Below the pieces are notes generated by a model. It was not told the origin of the DNA and searched no databases. It was given only the letters and a program-made list of their open reading frames with translations. A DNA stretch of 62,787 nucleotides, counting the filler, from Corallochytrium limacisporum Hawaii (taxonomy: Eukaryota; Protista; Pluriformea): the NCBI GenBank assembly GCA_002811645.1. It is 4 parts of 4 records of this genome, joined end to end, with 100 filler letters (N's around TTAATTAATTAA, not from the genome) between each part and the next. Parts side by side here need not be neighbours in the genome. Positions count along the whole stretch, not along the records: positions 52,307 to 62,787 come from PDIP01000277.1; 3 more parts are not named here. One strand, written 5' to 3'. The translations under genes and the position numbers were made by a program. Positions 52,307-62,787 of this stretch are shown piece by piece (positions within the stretch are counted from its first letter, which is position 1; every line of letters starts with the position of its first letter).

Positions 52307-55300
52307 CCCCCTTCTCCCCCCCCCCCCCCCCCTTCCCCCCCCCCTCCGCCGTTCTCGCTTGTCTGCCTTTCTCTTTGAGCCTTATCGCTGTTAGTTCTGA
52401 GTTCGGTGTACATGTACGAATTCCAGACAGCGTCTCAATCCCATGTAGTATACAATTGTATGGATATCCACTGTTTCCTTTTTCTTTTATTAAGGTTCTT
52501 GGCTGCGTGCGTTGGAAACAATCTCGGCACGCACACCACGATCGTCTCGGTGTTCATTCGGTTCAGCACTTTTTTTTCCGCGCAGACAACTTGGTGTCTC
52601 TCAGTAGGTATTCTCTCCCATTCCACATTTTGTATTTTTCTGTCCGAGTGTCTTGATATTTCCCTTCTTTACCCCTTTTGGGTGCATCCCCGCCCACCGC
52701 CGTGTTGCCGACCCATTGACACAAATGTATCACGGCACCTCTCACTATACAGCGTCTATGGCAGACACAGAACACAAGTACAACATCGTCATGCATGCCA
52801 CTCATCACACCCAACCTGAGAGTAAAATTTTTGTTTCCCACCAGCCAATGCATGAGCTGTGGGTGGTCTGGGATCAGCTGAAGGGTGTTGGTCCCCGATT
52901 CTTTGTACATCATGTTGCTCTTTCCGCCTAGTCTTGTGCTCAATGCCTCCCATCACATGGAGAGCGCATCATCACCTTCTGGTGCTTCTGGATGGTTCTA
53001 AGACCGTAGTCAAGTTCAGCAATCTCAGCCTTTCCCCCTTGTGTTCCACATATCTTGGATCAATATATTTTATATAGAAACCGATCACTGTTCCCTCAAC
53101 CGCTGTGCTATGGCGTCCACCGTGCCCGCTCGCAAAGTGGTATGAAAACAGTGCCGAACCCCGTCTCCGACCAAACACGGTCTTTTCGGATTTCTTCTCT
53201 TCATTGTTCAATGCACGTCGCTGTGGCGCAGGCATGCCAGAAGAGCGAAGATATTTCTTTTCGCTTCTCTATCACACTTTCCGGTGCTTATTTCAAAGTC
53301 TTCACTTTTTGGGAAGCGAGCTGCTTTTGGTCAGTCTTCTGCACCAACGTAGGTGGTGATTGTATTGTTACAGCTGCGTGATGTGGCATGGTCTATGTAT
53401 GGAAAGCAGACCAAGGTTTATGCTGTGTTATTGGTGTTGTCTTTAAAAAAAAAATTTGGCTCGTCCGTTGTGCCCTCGCTGGAGGCAGGAAGTGATGAAT
53501 GAACTCCTACTGGCACAACTGTGGATTTGGTTTTTGACTCAGCTGCACTTCTCGCAGAGGGACCCAACACGATGGGCTGACCATATTTCCCTCTTTCAAG
53601 CCGCTCTCAATCGGTTGGCCATTCCGCTATAGCATTGCCCAATTTCGCATGTTTGACTGTTTGCGGTATACTTTGCACTGTTTCGCCTTGAGCTAAGGGT
53701 CACAGTATCGAACAGTATGCGATTTGGAAAACCATGCGTCAGGAATCGAGTCTCTGGCAATACTCTGACTACTGCCTTTAAAGTCCGAGGGGGTAAAATC
53801 TGAGGCGGTCAGCCGATGACCAACCAACAGATATATGGAGCCAAGCCGGTATCGTATGTATGTGGTGTACCTCCCCTTGGGTGAAGGGGAGGGAGAAGGG
53901 GGTTTGCGCCTAACCCTAACCCAAAGTTTCTTCCACTTCCACTGGACTCAGGTAGAGCGACTGCTCAAATAGTCAATTGCTCAACCAGAAAAGGAGGGCA
54001 GGGAGGTAGCTGCAGTATATGAGTGAAGAGGAAACTGCAATGAATTCACTATAAATTCTGGCCAACTGACCGCGTTCATTCTGGGCCACCGCTACTGCAA
54101 TTTATCGAACCTTTTGCCAGGAATTATGGGACTGGGTTTTCCCCGGCTATTTCCCAATACTTTGCGTATTGATGCGTGCTAACACTGCCGATCGCACTAA
54201 GCTGTGAGCTTTGGTCGCACTTTCGCTGCCCTGTTCGCCACTATTGCCTTGGAAAATTTGGGTGACACAGCAAAACTGGGATCGGATTCATAGATGCCGA
54301 CTCAGTTCTTTGATCGAAGCCTTCTACCAAAGCATACATTTAGTATTACAGTTCCCCCTCCCCCCTCGGGGTGTCTTCGATGCCTTTGCAAAGTGCCTGT
54401 CGGGATCAGGCCACAAATGGCGACAATTAGTGGAGCCTAGCATTGCCCAAACTTCCCCTTCCCGGGGAGCCAATTTGTGCAATGCGAAGCATATTTGATA
54501 TACAAATCTGGTTCGAGGGAGAATCGCTGAGAGTGAGGGACGGGAGCAGGACACCATTCAACCGTGGACAAAAAATACTGGTGTATATAGCCTATACATT
54601 TTTTGTGTTCATAATCAATGGCAAATTTGAAGAAACACAAGTGCGAACTCTAAAGTCGCGCGTCCTTAGGACAGTGACCAAACAATTACGTCCTAGCAGT
54701 TGCACGGCTGGAAAGGTTAATTTTCTTGCGAGTCTTCGGTGGACCCAGTGTGTTATACTATACAAATCAACTGCCTAAAGGAGAACCTTTTGAGATCAGA
54801 CACCGAGCCCCAATGTCAAGAAATGCGAGCAGTCATCTCTTTTCGATTACTTTGGAACACGCCTGTGCTGTATTGAGGCTAACGGCTTCTTGTAGAGGCT
54901 TCCTACCCTCACCGGGCACTCAGACACCTCGCGCTCGCTTCTGCCTTTAGAGTAGAACCCTGTGACAAATACGTTTTCATCGTTTCCCTTTTCTCGAGAC
55001 TTCCATAGGAAGATTACTGTGGCACTAACTGCAACACGAGTCCCTTCATTCCGGGTTTCCGCGTCTTCTGCACCCTATTACTATGGACCAGAGTCGGAGT
55101 GTCTCTCTCTCTCTCTCCTCAAGCAGCTATGGGGCATGTCGTTGGCAGTTCGTGTCTTCTGGATGAAATGGACTATCCATGGTCGAAACTCTCTGGTGGG
55201 TTCGGAGACGGATGGAGACTTGATTGGATGAGTTTGCATGGGAAAATGGATGTTCCCTGCATTTCCGGCAACGTTCGGCGGTGCGCCATCCTTCCTCACT

Positions 55301-58300
55301 TCACGGTGCAGTTGACCAAACTGTTATATGGAGAAGGGAAAAGACGACACTTGTAGAACCGGTCATTTGGTCCATCCTCCCCGCGACATTCCTCCATTCC
55401 TTCCCCGTTTCCTCATCCGCCCCGGTGCTAGATAAACGCACGCATACTGTACCTGATGCCAACAGGAAGCAGATGTTATGTGCGCCTGGGGTCTCCTCGT
55501 TATCGTTCTTACATGGCGTCCACACTTTTCATCATTCATTCGCCTCCCTCTCTCGTCTGCTCAGTGGATGCTGGATGTTCTGTATTTCGAACACGCGCGC
55601 CCCGTTCCCGTCCAGGATGTCGGGGAGTCCAGCCTCCCCGGGTGAAACGGCATTATGGAATGAATGAGTGGGGTTGCTTCCTCAATGTGCTGTTGTCGGC
55701 ATCGTGTTGGTACTGCAGCAGAGTGTCCTCTTCATGCGTCCTGCCCTGGTCAATTGATTCCCTCCGGATGCTACGGAAGGAGCCAGCCGATGTGAATTTG
55801 TGAGTGTGCACGCAACGTTAGACCGCGGGCAATGCTCTCCATACAGCACATTATATCATTCAACTCCCCCTCCTTCTTTCCCCCCTCTCCAGCAGGAGCA
55901 TTGCCTTAGGAGGTCGACTTTTAGTATCATATGCTCTATTCACTCTTCGCTAATCTCTAACCGCCATCATGACCCGCCATCCGAAAAAAGTTTGCCAACA
56001 CTTCGAGGAGAGAGTTGGTCGCGCACGATATGCTGTTATGTGTCCAGGCACCCCCCCACTGGGGCCTCGCGTACACGGATAAACCCACATGCAGCGATTT
56101 TTTGAGTGCTGCCCTCCGTGGCAGCACTATGACACGAGAAGGGACTCACTTTGCGGCATTTTGAAAAGAAAAAAAAACTTGCAGGGCCCCTTCTAATTCG
56201 TCTTCTTTTCTCCTCCCACCCTGCATCGCTCCTCCTTCTTCTTCATTGCATTATTACGACGCCACCCGCTCGTCTCCGGCTTTACCCAATCCGTGCTCAG
56301 TCCCTGGCATTCTTGACCATAGCGTATCTGTTTTATCGGGGTACTTCATAAGGTTCCAATATGCTATTTTTTTTTGTTCAAATGATATGCGACCATTGCC
56401 CTGGCCGATATTTGTAAACTATGCTGAATACACGTCCAACGAGCAACTGCCGGTCTCGCGTATGATGTTCTAGAGCGGCACTCTTGATTTTTTGACAGCA
56501 AGGTACATGGTAGTGCCGATAGGGTACCGGTGCTAGGGCATTCAGTATCATATCCAACCTAGTCGGGAGCTCGATGGGGACATGGGTTCCCTTGTGGACC
56601 ACAACATTCTTGCTCTCTTTATGGGTTTGTTTTTTCACTTTTTTCATACTCTTCTTCCGCTGGGTATCCGCGAGACGCCGGCGAACCGGTACCTGTACGG
56701 GAAATGACCCTCACGAGGGAATTATATTGGGCAAAAGATGAATGAAAAAGGCAAGAAGAGACTTTAATGCCAACACATAGCCGGCTTTCCGTTGAATCAC
56801 GTATAGAAAATGTTTCGAAAATGAAATTGGTAGTGCTGGCTGAGATCACAGCAACTTGCGGCGAACCATTTAACGCTGCGCTCGGTTACACAGCAGCAGC
56901 CGAGCGATTGGCGGGGTGGGGCCTTCATCAGCAGCAGATTTATAGATAACCGTACCACCACTTCTATTCATCATGAGGGTCAACACCCAGCTAAATCGTT
57001 TTACCAAACCTGCCGGCCCAACATCGTCGGAAACGTCGATCGTTTCTGCCTCACGCTGCTCCAGCCGCAAGTTTTTTTTTTCAAATTTCGATAACGTCCA
57101 TTTTGAATCTATCGCCTGTCCTATAAATTGCATATACCCGCCACTGGTTACAGGGTATGTATTCTGAGATCCTGGGAGGGTGTGGGGCCGGGTGTGCCGT
57201 AGCTATTTCACCCTTAGGTCCGGGAAAGCCGGGCCGGAAGAAATTGTCTCCCCAGGACAGTGTTTACCCCGTTTCTCTCTGTATTTGTTCTGTCCGGAAC
57301 CAGGTCGCGTTCTGTGTGCTCAAGTAATTCTTTCCGCGATCCCATAATATTACAATATTCTACTTCTCGCCTGGGCGCTCGCTCGTTTGTTGTCCACTGC
57401 TTCATAGTCAAAGCGCCTAGAAATTTCATGTTCTTACGGAACCGCTGCAGGTGCTCTATAATCCTTCCATCTCTCCCAAAAAGGACCGAATTCTTAGCAG
57501 AGTGAGCACGGACAGACATCCTCTTTGAACCATTTATGGGCAAAGGCCGCAGGGGTAGAATAGCATAGAAAAGTAAGGGAAAATAGCGGCAGGGGAGAGA
57601 ACGGAGAGCTCCTAAGCCGGTGACAAAAGATTTGCAATGCAACATGTACTGGTACTCGCTGCATACACAATAACAGACTCTTGGGTGCCGCGCGGCATGA
57701 TGATTTACGAAGTTAGTGCCTTTGGAACTTCCCCGAGAACTCATTGAGACGATCTTTTCGTGATCTGTATCGTTCTCGTGTGTTCTCTGACCAAGGTTCG
57801 CAGGGAACGGCTGGAAGTATAATTCTACGCTGGCCAATCTTTCGTTTGGGATACAGTAGTTCGCCGAATTGTGATCTCGTCAAGATAGTTGAACTGTCGT
57901 CCCAAAGTATATGTATAGATCAGCGAACACTCGTTGTCAACCGATGACTCAACAGTCCCCTACTTTATGGCCATGGCCATTGTGAACGTTTTCGAACATG
58001 ACGGTTACTGAGTGATAACTGAGTCCACCGGGGCTTGTGACACTGTTCCGGCTTCCCGAAATGAATGATTACAAAAAAATCCCCGGAAATCATGCCCCTT
58101 CCGCGTAGAAGGTGACTACCAAACTATTCCAAAGGAACATCAAACCATACATAAGAACCCCAAGAAAACATCGATCGCCGAGTCATTCAGTTGGGGCCGC
58201 AAGCTATCAGCCACCTAGCTACGCTGTCAACTCCACATGGGCGGGATTCTGTACATCAAAGTCCTGAAAATTGGTGAGAATTAGGTGTTGAGGGAAGGAA

Positions 58301-59329
58301 TATTAGTGTAGACTTCGATTTGATGGAAACTTCCTCATGTTTTAGGTGGTGTTGGTCGAAACGCGTCCCTTCCGTTTCCTTCATCCTTCTCGTGCACCAG
58401 AATTTTGAGAGAATCTGAGTGAGCACGGCCCTGCCGTCACTCCTTCTGAGTGTGACGGAGCAATGCTGACGGGCGTGGATGAGAACTGGTGATTGGTTTC
58501 GGTCGTGTGCATTCCAAAGAGCTGACCGCCTGGTTGTTTTGCATTTGTCTAGCCGTTGAACACATGACAGCGGTGGCATTTACAGGATCCTCCCCCTCTG
58601 TTTTCTTGTGGTGTCGTCAATTTCAGACCGGCGTGTAGTCAATGCCCAGCCTTTCAAGCCCTTCTCTGCTGCAGTGGGTTTACGGAAACATATCTTTGTT
58701 GTCCTACTGGGTACAGCGCATACAAGAACCCGCCTCACTCTTGACAAAGCAGGAGACCACAGACATCAGACCCAAAAAACCCCCCCCCCCCCAAAGGGAT
58801 TGGTATTTGATCTATTCCATGGGCCTTGTCTTCCGTTTTTGTGCCTAGTCTTGTGTCTGTTCTGTTTTACTGTGTCAACCAGTTTTTTGTTCTGTATGGA
58901 TTCACATTGCGAGCAGCCGTTGGAATCGGAGAACTTCCGCTGCACTCGCCCTGTGACGTCAAGATCCGCATTCAGGTCCTGTTAGGTTGAGCCTGCCTTT
59001 CCCTCAGTTTCATGTCCGCATTTCGAACCACCAAGAAATGGTTTCAAACTTGTTGTCAGCATTTTGAATGGTCGTGGAACAAAGCATAAGAATACAGACA
59101 CAGTCTATGACTACGAGCTTGCGGAGACGAACCAGTACACACGAATGCTAAAGCCACGAACTGGGTCGTCTACGAAACATCGCATCCTTTTTGACAGGGG
59201 CCATATTGGGGAGTGAACACGGAGACAATAGCCGACGTGACAAAACGTAGGTTCGCATCGGAACAAAATCGTAAAATGGAAGCAATCCGACATGAATGAC
59301 CGGGCCAAAGGGTGTCTCGATTAACAGTG

Positions 59330-60030
59330 CTTCTCTCACTCTCCCCAGTGCTGTGGATGCAACCTCGGCCGAATGGAGGGAGGAACTAGAGCTCGATCTT
59401 GTTGCATACTTTAAAGAAAACAGCAACGGGTGTTATGCTCTGACAGGATGTGTTGGATTCAGTTATCTGCTGACTGTGTGCTCTGGTACACTGGAAATGG
59501 TGGGGGACTGTGGTTGTGGGTACAGTTTTCTGCATGCTTTCTTTTGTTTACGAGATCTTCCCCACCAGTGCGTGTCTACCATGGCTCGATATGTGCACGG
59601 ATCTGTTGGAATGTGTCATATTCCTGTGTGACGATGATAGTGGTGGTGATGTTGATGGATAGTTGCCCTGTGATCCTAATGGTTAGCTGAAGCTGATACA
59701 GCTTCCTCCCCCTGTCGTGCTTTCTTCAATTGTTTTGCAAAAAAAGTCACTGCGTCGAAGGATCCGTCAGAGTGGCACACCATTGGTGATGCACCTGTCC
59801 ATCATTCCCAGAGTCCAGCTCTACCACTTCCTCGCACTCCCCAATGCAACTGCCCTACACATCCACTGTCATTCACCGATTGAAATTCTCAAGTATTAAC
59901 TTTCAGAGAACTCTGTTTGTGCTCCATGTATTTTCCACTATGGTGGCTACTTGGGCCAGTGATTGGAACGCTTGGTCGCGCAATGCAACAGACACAACTC
60001 TAGCTCTCGCAGGACATCCTGCAGCCAATT
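59330..60030 (+). mobile_element. Degenerate L1/Tx1-like RT relic
   Basis: Ordered motifs across frames: PSAVDATSAEWREELELDLVAYF (cf. PG.DG...EFY..FW..L..DL...F), YSFLHAFF..RDLP (cf. W.FL..L..GFP), VDG*L (cf. VNG.L), SLRRRIRQSG..MHL, INFQRT (cf. IN..KS), W......TLALAGH (cf. W....LS..GR). Confidence 0.5.
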
Positions 60031-62787
60031 GCCTATTTCACGTTACGGCCATCGTTGAGCATAGCCGTCAGTGAGAAAGCGGAGCTGAGAGAAGAAGGTC
60101 ATGCTCGAATCATGCTCGATCACACTGCTCTCATCGCCCGTCCGTCGGAGGGACAGTTTTTCTCCTCTGATTTGAGAAAATTCCGAGCCGCTCAAGTGGG
60201 CATATAATACTTGAACTGAAGGAGATTTGCCCGGCCCTTAAACCGGAGTCAAGATTCACAAACCGGCCGATACGGGGAGGAGCAATTGAAGGCTTTTCCA
60301 CTGTGGAGTGGAAACGTGTCATTCTCAAGAAAGATATGGTAGACAATTCGTGATCAACCGAGCGGCAGCCATTGCACCTGGAATGGGGTGTACTTATCCT
60401 GTCCCCTTTGTAGAGAACAGTATGAAGAAGAAACAGGAACGACCACGGCACCAAGAACGAAAGTGTGACGAAAGAAACAAGAGGACACATTGCTCGATCG
60501 GAAGTATATACATATTTTTCTGAGCGTTCAAACTCAGCTCTCCTCCGTCGGCTACATAATATATCAGTGATAAAAGCCTACGCATATCACTGGACATTTT
60601 GGGAAGATTGCTGGGTTTGCTGTTGGAATCAATCAATGACAGCGAGAAATGATACAGCTCTTCAGTCATTAACGACAGACTGTTGCACATCCCGTGATTT
60701 ATTGGAAGGGCGTCATGTGCTAAGTGTTTATACTTCGGGCGCGCTCTCAGCCAGAATCCTCCAAGGAAGTGTGCTGTGTTAATATTGTCCCCCTGCTTGG
60801 ACGACAATGGCAAGAAGCGCTGGTGACGGTCATCTTGTCACCACTGCCAAATGTAATCCCATGATGTGGTGGTCTGTAAAATCAGTTTTCTTTTTACCTG
60901 CGGTAACAAATGGGCGCATTTCAACTATTGTTTCGCCCGCTCCTCACGAGCTCGGTAAGACCTCGTCCTCCTTTGACACAGTGAGTAGACAAGTTTTTAC
61001 CCACCACCACTTTTCACCTCAGAGGCACAGCTTACGCGGATCGGTCGCCATGTAAATTGCATGGCTTTTCTGATCGACCAAAGTTTGTTGCTGGCTTTCT
61101 TGTGATATCACCGATGTATCAGCGGGGCCAAAGTTACGTCCATGTCGCAGTCACAAACGCCTGGGCAAAACGACTCGCCCCATGCGGTCACTGCTGTGTG
61201 AAATGTTCCGGGAGAGAGAAACAGAGCGACTGCTGGAGAGGGGACCGGGTGAGCTGGTTCAGAAAGTAAGCTCCGGATTTGGCTCGGTTTGTGTGAGGGT
61301 CTGGACAGGGACGACATATTGTCTGACAAAAAGTGGAGCCCTGCGCCAAATTTTGAAGGGGGGAGGGGGACACATTTCAGTTAACAGTCAATGTTCATCG
61401 AGAGAACTGGCCCTGTCTAACTCCCACGGGCTTTGTTCAATGAGCGAATTACAGATAGTAAAGCTATTGCCCCTGACACAACTCTGCAGACAATACATGT
61501 GTTTTTTTGCTCACACGGCAAGGGGACAACCAAGGAAGTCATGAAAAGTCGGATTCTTGTTGTTCGCTTGTCTTTGCTTGTTTCCGCCCCCCTCCCCCCC
61601 CGCCTCGTTTCGTTTCGTTTCGTCTCCCCTGACTTTCGCGCTTCCCCAGCTCTCTCCCACTCTCGTGCAATGAGTCTTTAAACCCCATCTCCTTTGTTAT
61701 GTTTCACACTCTACCAACTTTTTTATCTTCATCGATGTCTTATGTGTGCCCCGTATTTTCATTGCTTCACGAGCGGCGTTCTTTATGGAGAGATCTATGA
61801 AACCTTACCGGACGCAATATCTGGTCACAAGGCAACAAATTCATCATCCGTCTGGGGAGGCCTGCTGCATTGGTGGTGGTCTCCATGTTCCCTCGCAGTT
61901 GATTCGAAAAGTGTTCACGACTGCTCGTGGCTTTCATGCGGGTGTTGTGGCTTTGCTTCACTTCTTTGTCCACGAGTTCCAACGATTCACGCGAAGTTAT
62001 TCACAATGCCCAAAAAGCATGTCTTCCTCCAATGTCTACGTGTGCCGTCTCCTAGGACAAATGTCCTTTTTGAGCCTTTCGATTGTTACAAAATTTGAGA
62101 CCAAAAAAAAAAAAGAGGATTTCCCGCCCCACACAGAGAGGCCACGGCGGCGGTCCACCGCTTAAGTGTTTATTTTCAATACGGACTACCATTGGACAAT
62201 CAATAAGCATATTATAAGGATCTTGTCTGGTAAGCCATGGTTGGGGCACGGTCCCAACCGGCCATACACACGTTAATGAGCATACGCGTGTTTCGGCTCT
62301 CCCTTCGGGTCGTTCTCCAGCAATGACTGTCCGTGTGTGTGAAGGAGTGTTCCAGCACGAACAACATCCACGCACAGCATGGTAGCCTACGATTGCACAA
62401 ATTCAGAGTAACTCCCAACCGATATCAAATTGCTGTGGATTCAATGGAAATCTCTGTGCCGGTTTTTGGCTTCCGTGAGCACGGATCATCTAAATGACCC
62501 AACCCTGCGTGGGGGGGGGGGGCTGGCCGAATGGATTTGGACTTTGTCGTCAATTTCCGGATGGAATGCTGCAATATCCCAGAATAGGTGGGGTCTCTGT
62601 TACTGAACATGGTGTGTGCTGTTACTGCAAGACAACATCCGCTGTCGTCAATTGTAGCTTGGGAACGCATACTGCACCAACCTCCCATGTTATTTTCAAG
62701 CCAACTTGGACACATGAAAGTGGTTACCAACCTCTGCCCCATAAGTTAAGGAGGAATCTGCCTAAAAACATGCACCGTAATATAAGG

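Noticed and set aside
53909-53922. CCTAACCCTAACCC telomere-like repeat
   Set aside because: Only about two units; compatible with chance.
57214-57837. 207-aa minus-strand ORF in the gene desert (and the 182-aa ORF 3767-4315)
   Set aside because: No coding-like composition or domain; at most decayed LINE fragments.
1-62787. CRISPR array, rRNA, tRNA, intact transposase/RT, alternative genetic code
   Set aside because: I saw no regularly spaced repeat-spacer array, no rRNA/tRNA signatures and no intact mobile-element ORF; conserved genes translate and terminate normally with the standard code.

Overview
Eukaryotic scaffold window (GC-balanced, microsatellites, N gaps, three artificial N44-TTAATTAATTAA-N44 joins). 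It holds 14 protein-coding genes between 7.0 and 44.6 kb, all apparently single uninterrupted ORFs. In order: a CAMKL/AMPK-related kinase ending in a CaaX box, TRP4, a 2563-aa PX-START-START-TM-E2-like multidomain protein, MLH3, an F-box/LRR protein, PDCD2L/TSR4, a likely GPI-anchored Vps62-like protein, URA4-type dihydroorotase, RPL7, a divergent WD40 (Nup43-like), RWDD1/GIR2, WDR1/AIP1, an SQ/TQ-cluster coiled-coil protein (candidate Mer2/IHO1/PRD3) and an NCKX exchanger. The gene set and lack of coding introns suggest an extremely intron-poor unicellular opisthokont, probably a holozoan (Corallochytrium-like; inference only). The ORF-poor stretches (1-7 kb, 26-29 kb, 45-62.8 kb) contain heavily decayed, deletion-compressed L1/Tx1-like LINE relics and Tc1/mariner-like terminal repeats. 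Best novelty candidates: (1) the giant protein joining an SNX27-type PX domain, two START lipid-transfer domains, membrane helices and an apparently inactive 2-oxoacid dehydrogenase E2-like domain; (2) a shared GGGTCTC-N7-GAG(A/T)CCC palindrome upstream of MLH3 and the Mer2-like gene, a possible meiotic regulon; (3) candidate introns found only in 5' leaders, alongside many dead LINE reverse transcriptases. All family calls come from motif recognition by eye; no database searches were run.
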